Shown here piece after piece: positions 9,901-18,631 of a stretch of 55,535 nt of DNA. The number at the start of each line of letters is the position of its first letter. Position 1 is the stretch's first letter. A program made the position numbers and the translations under genes. This stretch comes from a virus (Duplodnaviria > Caudoviricetes): the IMG/VR virus record IMGVR_UViG_3300030677_000007, positions 1 to 55,535 of that record. One strand, 5' to 3'. The notes under the pieces were generated by a model, which was not told the DNA's origin, searched no databases, and saw only the letters and a program-made list of their open reading frames with translations.

Positions 9901-10329
9901 CGGGCTGGCGTAGAACAGCCACGACCCGGCCGCCTCAGCCAGCGCCCACCAGGCGTGCGTGACGGGGCTGTACGTTGGCAGCGTCACGGTGGTGGCGACA
10001 CCGGCGGTCACGACCACGGCCTGCCACAGCGTCCCCGGCTGGCAGAGGAAGTACGCGGAGTCGGAGGCGTCGGCAGCCACCTTCATCAGCGTCTGCACGA
10101 CCTGGCCACCGGTGCCGCCGGGCGCCGGGGTGACCCGCGCCGAAAGCACCTGGCCAGTCGCCTCGTACGGACCCGCGGCGCCCAGGACCGGGAACGCGGT
10201 CGTGGCCGGCACCGTCACCCGCCCCGGCGCCGCGAGGGTCACCCCGGCCGACGTCGCGCTCCACACCGCGGTGTTCAGCACCCCAGCCATGAAGGCATCG
10301 ACGAGTGAGCCGAGAAGTGGGTTGTTCAT
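6946..10329 (-). CDS. Large tail/baseplate protein with carbohydrate-binding and LamG-like domains
   Basis: 1127 aa directly after the tape measure; YPLDEP..., CDGNWHMAA, GYVERWPQ motifs. Confidence 0.75.
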   Translation of the reverse strand: MNNPLLGSLVDAFMAGVLNTAVWSATSAGVTLAAPGRVTVPATTAFPVLGAAGPYEATGQVLSARVTPAPGGTGGQVVQTLMKVAADASDSAYFLCQPGTLWQAVVVTAGVATTVTLPTYSPVTHAWWALAEAAGSWLFYASPDGQAWTQLASIPYTWSPRAVAASFSAGSATVAGQSASIEHVNTAMGASGLMPSWPQIRYSVAFNSNASNAVTPYWTDLTARLRGPWSAQQSGRQYELDEVESGELTLSLWNLDGALDPDNTASPYAPNVVPMVPCRLTATWPVTRNVLPQGMAAGLDTLNVNATGGTFGFTTVSPAAPVGLTTALTWGVPVSAAGAAVFGLGYNNGWATSDFNASPVTAGQSWTSSLYLMATAAVSVTPLIYWYSQSGALLSTSTGTAVSVVSGAWVPAVVSGVAPAGAVWARPAVSNTGAVAAALTGYLTGWQFERAAAASPWVAPGVVYPLWAGYVERWPQQWDMSGTYGTVDLTCVDVLASLADFTLQPNVEAQLLALGPDRLYPLDEPVGTSGFRDLTGKHGRANILNSSAGAGSLTSGNGVSGTGFEGGTGPVVTLANPTPTTTQQAGTFINLGTPNGPPSGGWTRIICFRTTTVPASGSGMTLWMASDRTGPTGSHAGLVIDSSGHVNVTVSNTANQNITFSIPVYVCDGNWHMAAIILSPGGMRLDGNVDGNGYFGTSTNNCSPSGIISDTIGMYVVGPLNQYSLAFSGDLAYACEIPTNQVPSFGDLASGFATGWAGETSAARAQRILTLSGYGGPLGTMDAVTAMGGADLAGLDAMSALQLVGDSENGQVYADASGTVQLAARSWRYYQTAPAVLLGEAQAAGEIPYLTDVATGYDTTHIYNQVSVANSGPPGSPQYPTALAPNPVSSVAYAPRTLERTINVQDQTVPQYAAQYLAQQYGQPLTRLAQLTIDPASNPALWSQVLALGFGSRVQVTRRPPAPAPSIVAQQFLEQLTWNGDDQGNLKASLQLSSATPFMNWWVVSSLHSTLQVQATAGQPVITLGPLTGSSLNPAAAVLPAGTVLTVGQGTALAESATVKSVATTVAGYTSVAVTLTANLASTHAAGSVVCQPLGSAYTLPALPASNFPASLDAGATLSTTSPRVTY

Positions 10330-10341
10330 CTCGACCTCCCG

Positions 10342-13146
10342 TCAGCTGGCTGCATAGACCAGGCCGGTCGTGGGGTTCCGCCTGCCGTACCGCAGGGCCT
10401 GCGTCTGCATGATCTTGAAGAGTTGCTTGCCGTCGACCTGCACGACGATCGGCTGGAGCTGACCACCGCCGCCCTGCCCGGCACCGGCTCCGTTGCTGCC
10501 GGCTGCCAGTGCCCCGTACGAGCCGGGGCTCCCACCGATCGTCAGGCCAGCAGCGGCGGCCAGACTGTGGGTGGCCATCCCCACCTTCCGCGTCGAGCCC
10601 TTGATGCCGTCCGCGACCATGCTGCCGATCTTCGCCCCGGCCACGTCCGGCGAGCCCGAGCCGCTCAGCGGTCCCTTCTTGGCCGGGCTGAACGGGAGGT
10701 AGGAGCGGATCTCCGAGGCGATCGACTTCATCGCGCCGCCCGCGCCGCCGAGCATCGAAGTGATGCCGCTGATCAGGCCCTTGATCAGATTTTTGCCCGC
10801 ATCGAGCAGGAGCGTGCCGAAGCCGGAGGTCGCGCTCAGGATCAGGTGGACCAGGTCCCCTAGGCCTTGCGTTGCGAGCTTCTTGACGTCCGTCCAGGCG
10901 CGGCTCCAGTGGCCGGTGATCAGATCGAGCACGATCCCGATCGTGTTGAGGGTCAGGTGCATGCCGAGACTGATCACGCCGGAGATGATCGTCCAGGCGA
11001 GTTTGACCGTGTCGCGCACAATTCCCCAGGCCAGCCGCCAGGTTGAGACCAGGTTGACGAGCAGTGGGTGCAGGTAGACGTCCCAGGCGATGGTCGCTGA
11101 CGTGGAGATGGCCAGCCAAATTTTCGCCCAGACGGCGGACAGTTCGGATGCGTGGGCCGACCACCAAGCGGTCAGGTCCGCCAGCCTGGCCTGGATCCAC
11201 TTGATCACGTTGTTGTCCAGCCAGCGCGCCAGTGCCTGGACCCCGTGGACCATTGAGGACCAGGCGGCGAGGAAGTCGGCCTTGTGGGCAGTGACCCAGC
11301 CGATCAGGGCGCTGATCGCGGCCTGCGCCAGGTGCAGGGCTCCCACCAGCACTGTGCGTAGGAAGCTGGCGACGTCGGTCACCGCTTCGCGGAAGGGCTT
11401 GAAGTGGGTGTAGGCGTAGATCGCGGCTGCGGCCACGGCGGTGATCCCCAGGACCACCGGGTTGACCTCAATCGCCGTCAGCGCCCCGGCGACGCTCCAG
11501 AGCGCGGCAACGAGCACGCCGCCGAGGATTGCGGCCAGGCCCTGGACGGCGCTCTGGTGGGAGGTCAGCCAGCTCAGGCCGCTGCGGGCCACTCCGAGCA
11601 CCTTGGACAGGACCGGCAGCATCTCCTGACCCAGCTTGACGCCAAGAGATTCCAGACCGCTCTCAAGTTCATGCGTCTCCTGGCTGACGGTCTGTTGAGT
11701 GGCCTGCCATGCGGAGCCGAATCCCTTTGCGCCTTTCTCTAGTTCCGGGTATTTCGACATCATGCGGTCGTACTGTCCCATAAGCACGGCCAGACCGGCG
11801 CCTGCCTTCTTCCCGAACATATCCGTAATTACCTGACCCTCCTGGGTCGCGGTAATTCCGGCCGCCTTGAAGTGGTTCTGTAGGTCCGTCAAGGCCAGCT
11901 TCAGGCCGCCCTTTTGCATGTCTTCCGACAGAGTGCTACTGGTCATCCCGAACTTCTGCAACCACACCGCAGCGGTATTGACTGGAGCAGCCAATGCCTG
12001 CACAGACATTCGCAGGTCGGTGCCCGCTTTTGCACCCCGGATATTATTATCTCCGAATGTCGCGAGCGCAGCGCCTACGTCATTCAGAGAAAGGCCGTAG
12101 CCTTTTACCACCGCGAGCATTCCAGTACCCATGGCGTCAGCCAGGTCCTGCATTTGCATATCGCCCGAACCGACAATTGCATTCAGTGCGCCCATTGCTT
12201 GGCCGTAATTCTGGACGCCGGGAATTCCGCTCGCGATAGCGGCATCGAGTGCATTCTGAACGTCGACCAGATCTGCGTGACCGACTGCCGCGCCCTCGGC
12301 GCCGGTCTTCAGGATGTCCAGCGCCCTCGCGCCGGTGATTCCCGTGGAGGCGAAGGAGCTTTCGACGTGGTACAGCGCCTCCGCCAGGCTGTCCGGACTG
12401 TCGCCGACCTGCCCCGCCAGCCGCAGAACCCCGTCGCCGAGGCCCTTCAACTGGCCCTTGGCCACCCCCGCCTGGGTGTTGAGACTCGTGATCTCCGAGT
12501 TGAACGCCGTCGCGCCCTTGATGGCCTCGAACACGCCGACGCCAGCCGCCGCGAGCCCGAGCACGTACGTCTGTAGGGCACCCGCCGTCTCCCCCAGGGC
12601 GGCTGACGACTCACCGGCCGAAGCGGTCGCCGCCCCGCCGGCCTCCGTTGCTGCCGCTGCACCCTCAACGCTGGCGGCGCGCACCTCCGTTGCCGAGGCC
12701 GTGGCGGCGCCTGCGGCTGACGCGAACCCAGCGTCCAGGCCACCGAGGGACTCCGTGGCGGTGGCCATGCTGACCTTGACCGCCTCCGCCATCTCCTCCG
12801 CTGCCCCGGAGATGGCGCCGAAGGAAGGCGTGGCCGCCTCGGCCGTGCCGGTCGCAGCCTTGGCGAGCGCCCGGAGCGCGGACGCGACGCCGCGGACTGT
12901 GGTCTTGACCGTGGTCAGCGGGTCGACGATGCCTGCGGCGAGCTCGACGGCCGCATCCAAGATCACCTTGAAGCTGTCGGCTGCGACCCGGGCGCTCTCG
13001 TCCAGCGCAGTCGCCATCTGCCGCGCCGTGGCCGTGATCCGGCCGGAGGTCTCCTCACTCAGGTCGGCCGCTGCGGTGAACGACTCGGTGAAGGGATCAG
13101 TGAGGCCTCGGAGGGTGACGTAGAGGTCGCCGACTTCGCTCGACAT
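10342..13146 (-). CDS. Tape measure protein
   Basis: VGDLYVTL start, Ala-rich helical core (AGTDLR motif), W-repeat region, LPFSPAKKGPLSG, IVVQVDGK end. Confidence 0.92.
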   Translation of the reverse strand: MSSEVGDLYVTLRGLTDPFTESFTAAADLSEETSGRITATARQMATALDESARVAADSFKVILDAAVELAAGIVDPLTTVKTTVRGVASALRALAKAATGTAEAATPSFGAISGAAEEMAEAVKVSMATATESLGGLDAGFASAAGAATASATEVRAASVEGAAAATEAGGAATASAGESSAALGETAGALQTYVLGLAAAGVGVFEAIKGATAFNSEITSLNTQAGVAKGQLKGLGDGVLRLAGQVGDSPDSLAEALYHVESSFASTGITGARALDILKTGAEGAAVGHADLVDVQNALDAAIASGIPGVQNYGQAMGALNAIVGSGDMQMQDLADAMGTGMLAVVKGYGLSLNDVGAALATFGDNNIRGAKAGTDLRMSVQALAAPVNTAAVWLQKFGMTSSTLSEDMQKGGLKLALTDLQNHFKAAGITATQEGQVITDMFGKKAGAGLAVLMGQYDRMMSKYPELEKGAKGFGSAWQATQQTVSQETHELESGLESLGVKLGQEMLPVLSKVLGVARSGLSWLTSHQSAVQGLAAILGGVLVAALWSVAGALTAIEVNPVVLGITAVAAAAIYAYTHFKPFREAVTDVASFLRTVLVGALHLAQAAISALIGWVTAHKADFLAAWSSMVHGVQALARWLDNNVIKWIQARLADLTAWWSAHASELSAVWAKIWLAISTSATIAWDVYLHPLLVNLVSTWRLAWGIVRDTVKLAWTIISGVISLGMHLTLNTIGIVLDLITGHWSRAWTDVKKLATQGLGDLVHLILSATSGFGTLLLDAGKNLIKGLISGITSMLGGAGGAMKSIASEIRSYLPFSPAKKGPLSGSGSPDVAGAKIGSMVADGIKGSTRKVGMATHSLAAAAGLTIGGSPGSYGALAAGSNGAGAGQGGGGQLQPIVVQVDGKQLFKIMQTQALRYGRRNPTTGLVYAAS

Positions 13147-13282
13147 AGCGCCCCCCATCGGCAGTTGTGGAGATCCGGTGCGGGAGGCGGTGCTATCGGG
13201 CTACGGTCTGCGTGCGGCCGCCACCGGGGCAGCCCACAAGGGGGTCCTCGTGAGCGGGCGCAGGGGTGCAGGGGCGCACCCG

Positions 13283-13759
13283 ATGACCACAGGTCAGAAG
13301 GTCGGCGTCGGGTTCGCAGTGTTCTGCGTCGTCGCAGTCGTGTATGCGCTCATCGCGCCGAAGGCGGCCACCACCACGACCGCCTCACCACCTACTGCGG
13401 CGGCGGGCAGCAGCGCGCCAGCAGCGAAGCCGACGACTGCCCCACGACCGACAGCGGCGAAGGCGCAGGCGTCGCCGGAACCGACGTTCGTCTACCCCGG
13501 CGACGCTCAGTGCGCCATCACCTACCGCGACCGTGGCGACGGCACCATGAGCTGGACCGCTACCGTCACCGTGGCAGGTGAACTGATCACGCACGCGGGC
13601 GACTCAGCAGGCAATCTCTACCCCCACGACACCCAAGTCGGCGTCGGCCAGAGCTCGTTCGCGGCTCCGGTGCCGCTCTCCTCGATCACCGACGTCGGGG
13701 GCAATCTCACCGGCAGCGACGGTACGTCGTACGGCTGCTCCGTTGCCCCCGCGAAGTAG
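13283..13759 (+). CDS. Membrane-anchored extracellular protein on the opposite strand in the tail operon (moron)
   Basis: N-terminal TM helix, T/A/P linker, beta-rich domain with two Cys. Confidence 0.7.
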   Translation: MTTGQKVGVGFAVFCVVAVVYALIAPKAATTTTASPPTAAAGSSAPAAKPTTAPRPTAAKAQASPEPTFVYPGDAQCAITYRDRGDGTMSWTATVTVAGELITHAGDSAGNLYPHDTQVGVGQSSFAAPVPLSSITDVGGNLTGSDGTSYGCSVAPAK

Positions 13760-13760
13760 C

Positions 13761-14225
13761 TCAGCCCCAGGAGATGTCGTTGAAGACGTCCAGTACAGCC
13801 ACGCTGACGGCAGCCTCCCCGATGGCGTCAGCGGCTGGCTTAAGCCAGGGGTAGGTGATGCCGTGGTCGCCGGTCTCCAGGTAGTAGCCGTACCTGCTGG
13901 AGTCGACCCGGGATCGCCACCGGGACGAGTACTCCGGGTAGTGCCCCCGGCGCGGGCCGACCTTCGTCGCCCAGCCCTCGATCGACCGCTCGACCGGGTT
14001 GTGGCCGATCGACTCCACGAGGGTGCCTGAGATCTGCGCTGGGCCCTCGCCCGGCCGGGCCGGGGTCGGGGTGCCGTAGTCGTGCTGCCCGTTGCTGGCG
14101 TTGGCCCGGGCTTGGCGCTCGATCGCCTCCGCAACCGATTCCAAGCCCTCGGCCATCCGGAGCGCGCCCTGCTCGGCGACCCGCGCGAGGATCGCCCGCA
14201 GCACGCCAGCCTCCAGCTCGGCCAT
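13761..14225 (-). CDS. HK97 gp10-like tail completion protein
   Basis: P..SGTL..SI, YGYYLE.G, YPWLKPA motifs. Confidence 0.65.
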   Translation of the reverse strand: MAELEAGVLRAILARVAEQGALRMAEGLESVAEAIERQARANASNGQHDYGTPTPARPGEGPAQISGTLVESIGHNPVERSIEGWATKVGPRRGHYPEYSSRWRSRVDSSRYGYYLETGDHGITYPWLKPAADAIGEAAVSVAVLDVFNDISWG

Positions 14226-14228
14226 GAC

Positions 14229-14477
14229 CTACCCCCTCGCTCGCTCCTCCGCTGCCGCCCGCGCCTCCCGCTTCGCCGCCAGCAGGTCCCAACAGACTCT
14301 GCGCACATACGGCGGCGTAGCCAGCATCTGCTCCCAGGACCACTTGAAGGTGAGCATCAGCTCGACCCACTGCACCTCAACGGGGACCGGGCCAGATCCC
14401 CATGTGCCGCCGTAGATGCTTTCCGCAGGCCACAGCACATCGTTGAGGTAGCTGGAGTCGAGCTCTACTGAGGGTTT
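14229..14477 (-). CDS. Tail chaperone 'T' extension, reached by -1 frameshift
   Basis: Open -1 frame from the slippery site A AAC CCT; KWSWEQMLATP motif. Confidence 0.7.
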   Translation of the reverse strand, partial: KPSVELDSSYLNDVLWPAESIYGGTWGSGPVPVEVQWVELMLTFKWSWEQMLATPPYVRRVCWDLLAAKREARAAAEERARG

Positions 14478-15022
14478 TGGAGCTCCCGGAAGGCGGCGCC
14501 GATCGCACCGATGACGCCCAGCGGCGCGTAGGAGAGGCCCTCCACGGTCGGCGTCGCCGGCAGCAGGGGCGGCACGTCGGCCTCCGACCTCGCGTCCCAG
14601 ATGCACCAACGGCGAAGCACCTTGAGCATCGTGGTCTTGATGACCTCAGCGTCAGCTGCTGTCGGTTCCCCGTCGTCGCCTACGGAGATGCCTCGCAGGC
14701 CTCTGCTGATCTCGTCGATCGTCTCCGAGGCCATCAGGCCCGGGTTCCGCATCTCGATCCACGGCTCCGGCAGACCCTGGAGGTGGAACTGCGGCAGCTT
14801 GATGGTCGTGATGCGCTGCGCGTAGCCGCCCTCCGGGACCTGCACCGACGGAGCGACGGACTGGACGGCCTGGATCTGCGGCAGGGGCTGCGGCTGGGCC
14901 TGGGGGTGCGGCATGTACGGCTGCTCATAGACCGGCTGCCCAGCGGCGGGCGCGAGGAAGGCGGTCGGCACCGGCTGCGCGGCCGCGGCCGCGGCCGGCT
15001 GCGGGTAGTCGGGTGTACTCAT
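14465..15022 (-). CDS. Tail assembly chaperone 'G'
   Basis: Follows the major tail gene; ends ..ELQNPQ over the slippery site. Confidence 0.75.
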   Translation of the reverse strand: MSTPDYPQPAAAAAAQPVPTAFLAPAAGQPVYEQPYMPHPQAQPQPLPQIQAVQSVAPSVQVPEGGYAQRITTIKLPQFHLQGLPEPWIEMRNPGLMASETIDEISRGLRGISVGDDGEPTAADAEVIKTTMLKVLRRWCIWDARSEADVPPLLPATPTVEGLSYAPLGVIGAIGAAFRELQNPQ

Positions 15023-15060
15023 CTTGCTGCTCCAGGGTGTGAGGGGTGAGGGGGTTGGTG

Positions 15061-15124
15061 TCCCGGCGTGCTGGGGGCGCTCCCCGCGCCCTCACACGTC
15101 AGCGCCACAGCCGGCACGCCGGGA
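15061..15124. terminator. Long stem-loop after the major tail gene
   Basis: tcccggcgtgc...gcacgccggga. Confidence 0.45.
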
Positions 15125-15140
15125 GAATGTGGGACCGCCG

Positions 15141-16310
15141 TCAGTAGGCGGTGGTCTGCCAGTTGGCGACGACAGCCTGGACCACGCCGCCGTCGACCGT
15201 GTTGGCCACGCCGGATACGGAGAAATCCGCGTTCGAGTACGGGCCGGACAGGTCCCGCTTTCCCTTGAAGACCGCGGACTTGCTGCTGGTCAGCGTCAGG
15301 GACTGGCCGCCCCGGCTGATCGGCTGCTGCAACGCCATCACCAGCGGCAACTGGGTGTTACCGGTGAACAGGCCCAGGTCGAGGCTGTTCTCGTAGATGG
15401 CCTTCAGGGTCCCGTCGTACTCCAAGGCCCCCGCGAAGACCTCGCGCGGGCCCTGCGTGCCATCCGAGCTCGCAATGGCCTCGACCGCGCGCTTGAACGT
15501 CGCGTCGTAGGTCAGGCCCCTGGTGGACGCCGCGCCGCCGATGGTCTGCGTCCACGACCAGCCGAGCCACGGATCGTAGGCGGTGTACGCGCCGGTGGCC
15601 GCGGTCTGCGGGACGGACGGAGCTCCGGTGGCCTTCAGTGAGAGGCTGACCGACGCCTTGGGGTCGATCTTGAGCCCGACCTCGGAGAACCGCACGTAGG
15701 AGCAGCTCACTGTCGAGACGGTGTCGAAGTACGTCAGCGAGTAGGTCGGCAGAGCGATTGCGGGGTTCTGCTTGAAGGTGTGGATGGTGGGTGTCTGGAC
15801 CACGGCGGAGACGGCGTGGCCGTACGCCAGGCCCACGCTCGCGCCCGCCACTGTGGTGACCGTGTGGACATAGGGGCCCGTACCGGTGGGCGCGCCGACC
15901 GTGACGGCGTACTCCTGGAGCGCGCCCGTGTCCAGGCGGATGATCGTGCCAGCCGCCAGGGAGACAGGCAGCGAGACCACAGTGGCGCCGACCGCGGTCA
16001 GCACGGACAGCGTGGTCGACGTCCCCGCCGTCACCACGTCCGGGCCGATCGTCGCGCAAAAGAAGTGCGGCGCCAGGTCCGGGTAGGCCATCAGATCGAT
16101 CGACCAGTCCGAGGACGACGGCCCCTGATAGGACCCGTGCAGCACGGAGTCGTCCGCGCGTACCGACTCGTCCCGCAGCTGCGCGATGACGTCCTCGAAA
16201 CCGCTGCTGCCGGTGTACGGCAGGCCGATGTTGGGCGCGACGTAGGTCCCCGGCGAGCCGGACGACTCCTTGCCCATGGCCAGCGTCCCCAGGCGTGCGA
16301 GCTTCGCCAT
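15141..16310 (-). CDS. Major tail (tube) protein
   Basis: MAKLARLGTLAMGKES..GTYVAP start, position, C-terminal ..NWQTTAY. Confidence 0.8.
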   Translation of the reverse strand: MAKLARLGTLAMGKESSGSPGTYVAPNIGLPYTGSSGFEDVIAQLRDESVRADDSVLHGSYQGPSSSDWSIDLMAYPDLAPHFFCATIGPDVVTAGTSTTLSVLTAVGATVVSLPVSLAAGTIIRLDTGALQEYAVTVGAPTGTGPYVHTVTTVAGASVGLAYGHAVSAVVQTPTIHTFKQNPAIALPTYSLTYFDTVSTVSCSYVRFSEVGLKIDPKASVSLSLKATGAPSVPQTAATGAYTAYDPWLGWSWTQTIGGAASTRGLTYDATFKRAVEAIASSDGTQGPREVFAGALEYDGTLKAIYENSLDLGLFTGNTQLPLVMALQQPISRGGQSLTLTSSKSAVFKGKRDLSGPYSNADFSVSGVANTVDGGVVQAVVANWQTTAY

Positions 16311-16483
16311 CAGCCGGTCTCCTCTCCGGCCTTGGCCGCTGTCTTGCGTGTGGGCTTCGGCTCGGCCTCGACCGGCTCGAACCCGACAATCGGCTCGGGC
16401 CAGTCGACGGTGTCGCCGGGCTGGACGGTGGCCGGGATGGCCATCACGTCCAGCGGATGGTCCCCGCTGTTCCGCTGGAGCAC
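16310..16483 (-). CDS. 57-aa hypothetical protein (not in ORF track)
   Basis: GGGGAGG RBS, GTG start, VLQRNSGD...GEETG, TGATG coupling to the major tail gene. Confidence 0.65.
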   Translation of the reverse strand: MLQRNSGDHPLDVMAIPATVQPGDTVDWPEPIVGFEPVEAEPKPTRKTAAKAGEETG

Positions 16484-16497
16484 AGCGGCCTCCCCTT

Positions 16498-16995
16498 CTA
16501 CGCGATGTACTCGCTGTCGTCGGCGGTGTAGGTGATCGTCGCCGTGAGCAGGCCGGCGGCGATGCCCGTGATCGGGTCGCCGAGGTTTGTGTCGAACGCG
16601 GCCCCGTTCGGGGTCTCACCCACCGCCTGGAATCTGTTGCCGTGCGTCTTGTCGGTGACGAAGCCCTCCAGGCGGCCGATGACCGCTGCGAGGGCGATGT
16701 CCAGGGCGCGCTGCTCGCTCTCCGTGATGCCCGGGCCCGTGAAGCCCTGCCCGATCGGCCACGTTGCAGTCACCTGGAGGTAGTGCGTCGCCAGCCGTCG
16801 CTGCTGCGCGAATCGGACCGTCGGGTAGCGGCGCCGGATCACGTACAGCTGGGTCTGCCTCATGTTCGGTGTTCGGGGTGCGTACGCCTGGATCACGTCC
16901 CACGGGCCGCCGGCGCCGCGAAGCAGCGTCGGTAGCCCGTCGCCGGTCGTCAGAAGCCACGCGGCCTCGCGGTCGGGTGCATCAGCGAGGCTCAA
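16498..16995 (-). CDS. Putative tail terminator/connector protein
   Basis: TTG start overlapping the upstream stop, AGGAGG RBS, position before the major tail gene. Confidence 0.55.
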   Translation of the reverse strand: MSLADAPDREAAWLLTTGDGLPTLLRGAGGPWDVIQAYAPRTPNMRQTQLYVIRRRYPTVRFAQQRRLATHYLQVTATWPIGQGFTGPGITESEQRALDIALAAVIGRLEGFVTDKTHGNRFQAVGETPNGAAFDTNLGDPITGIAAGLLTATITYTADDSEYIA

Positions 16996-17651
16996 CGCCC
17001 CCTCCTTCTGCGTCTGGTGATCCTCTTGGCACGGTCGGCGCGCGCGGCGATCCGGCCTCCGGCTCGGGCGCGGCGCGGCCTGGGGCCGCCCTGCTTTCCG
17101 TGATGGCGGACGATCTGCCAGTGGTGGTGTCGGTGGCCGGCCCGGGTCCAGTGGTGTCGGCGGTGCCCGCGCCGGTCGGGGTGGCGGTGGCCCTGGCGGC
17201 TGCGCCGCGCCTTCCGGTAGCCGGACCGCAGATGCCGCGGGGTGGGCAGCCGCCGCGACCGGTGCCGCGCCGTCGACCCGTGTCGGCGTGCCTTGAGCGC
17301 GGCGGAGATCTTCGCCCGGGTGGCCGCTGACAGCGCGTGGCCCTTGTGCCGGTGGTGCCGTCCCTTGAGAGCCGCGGAGATCTTCGCCCGCTCGGCAGCC
17401 GTGAGCTTGTGGCCCTTGTGATGCTTGCCCTTCAGCGCGGCGGAGATCTTCGCCCGCTCCGCAGGAGTCGGCTTGTGGCCCTTGCGGTGCTTCCCTTTCA
17501 GGGCTGCCGAGATCTTCGCCCGGGCGGCGGCCGACAGCTTGTGACCTTTGTGGTGCTTGCCCTTCTCGCGCTCGCTGATCTTCTTCCGGGCGGCGGAGGA
17601 GAGGTGGCGCTTGACCGTGTGCTTGGCGGCGGTGTGGACGCCCCAGGTCAC
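16992..17651 (-). CDS. Very basic protein with five NUMOD3-like repeats and an Arg/His-rich tail
   Basis: xSAAARAKISAALKGKHHKGHK x5; 4-nt overlaps with both neighbours. Confidence 0.75.
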   Translation of the reverse strand: MTWGVHTAAKHTVKRHLSSAARKKISEREKGKHHKGHKLSAAARAKISAALKGKHRKGHKPTPAERAKISAALKGKHHKGHKLTAAERAKISAALKGRHHRHKGHALSAATRAKISAALKARRHGSTARHRSRRLPTPRHLRSGYRKARRSRQGHRHPDRRGHRRHHWTRAGHRHHHWQIVRHHGKQGGPRPRRARAGGRIAARADRAKRITRRRRRGR

Positions 17652-18319
17652 CGGTAGCCCTCCAGGATCGCCGTGGCGTCGGCGGCCAGGATGTCCGGGT
17701 CGTGGCCGTGCTGCTGACCGGTGGGGTCCAGCTCACGGGCGATCAACGAAGCCGTCATGAGCTTGCTCGCCCGGGAGAGGTCGGCCGGCGCCGGGCGGTA
17801 CCCGCCGCCGTAGGTGTAGGTGACGAAGCTGCCGACTGGCAGGAAGGTCCCGATCGGGTACCAGATGTGGCCGGTGTCGGGATCCGGTCCGCGCACGTTC
17901 GCGAGGTTCACCAGCTGGTCGCCGCCGTAGGAGCGGGAGATGAGGATCGACTCCAGGGAGTAGGTCCACATGTCCGCGTACTTTACGGCGTACTGGGACA
18001 GCCAGCCGTGGCGGACGAGCGACGTCGTGCCCATGGAGTAGGCGTAGGACAGGCCCAGCGTCCCGGCGAGGTCGAGCGGGACGCTGCCGGCGTCGATGTA
18101 CTCGTCCGGGTCGATGCCGGTCGAGCGCTCCGTCTCGACCAGGCCAGTGAAAGGCGCTAGGCGACGGCCGGCGCCCTCCGACCCCTCACAGATGCGGGTG
18201 GCCTCGGACAGGACATCGGACTGGGCCTGTGGGTCGGTGTAGCCGCGCACCAGGTCGGCGAACGCACCCTCGGTTAGCTGCGCCCAGGTGCACAGCGGCG
18301 TGGGGGTATCCGTCGCCAT
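17648..18319 (-). CDS. Head-tail adaptor (gp6/gp15-like)
   Basis: Position after capsid; TYTYGGGY..PADL and ..ILEGYR motifs. Confidence 0.7.
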   Translation of the reverse strand: MATDTPTPLCTWAQLTEGAFADLVRGYTDPQAQSDVLSEATRICEGSEGAGRRLAPFTGLVETERSTGIDPDEYIDAGSVPLDLAGTLGLSYAYSMGTTSLVRHGWLSQYAVKYADMWTYSLESILISRSYGGDQLVNLANVRGPDPDTGHIWYPIGTFLPVGSFVTYTYGGGYRPAPADLSRASKLMTASLIARELDPTGQQHGHDPDILAADATAILEGYR

Positions 18320-18322
18320 CGG

Positions 18323-18559
18323 CTACTCCCCGCCGTCCCCGCCGCCGTCGGCGGTGCCCTCCCCGGTGTCCGCCGGGTCGGGGTCGCCCTGCTTGTGGAC
18401 CTTCGCGCCGCGCGGGAGTTCCGGCTCGGCCTCGAACTCGTCCGGCTGGATGCTCACCAGCTCGTGCGCGTGCTCGGGGCTCATCTCGACCCACATCCCG
18501 GCCTTCGGCCAGACGTAGCCGTGACTCGTGCCGCCCGGCCGCCTCTTCTTGACGTACAT
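18323..18559 (-). CDS. Small hypothetical head-associated protein
   Basis: GGAGG RBS; lies between capsid and adaptor. Confidence 0.65.
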   Translation of the reverse strand: MYVKKRRPGGTSHGYVWPKAGMWVEMSPEHAHELVSIQPDEFEAEPELPRGAKVHKQGDPDPADTGEGTADGGGDGGE

Positions 18560-18631
18560 CGCTGCCTCCAGGGCATCGTGGGTGCCTGGTCGTCCCGTGG
18601 AGTAGGCGAGACGACCAGGTAGGTGGGGGTG

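Noticed and set aside
16498-17736. Long upstream extensions of ORF-track calls (e.g. 16498-17736, 26484-27836, 3926-5161)
   Set aside because: Extensions overlap neighbouring genes; RBS and stop/start coupling point to shorter starts
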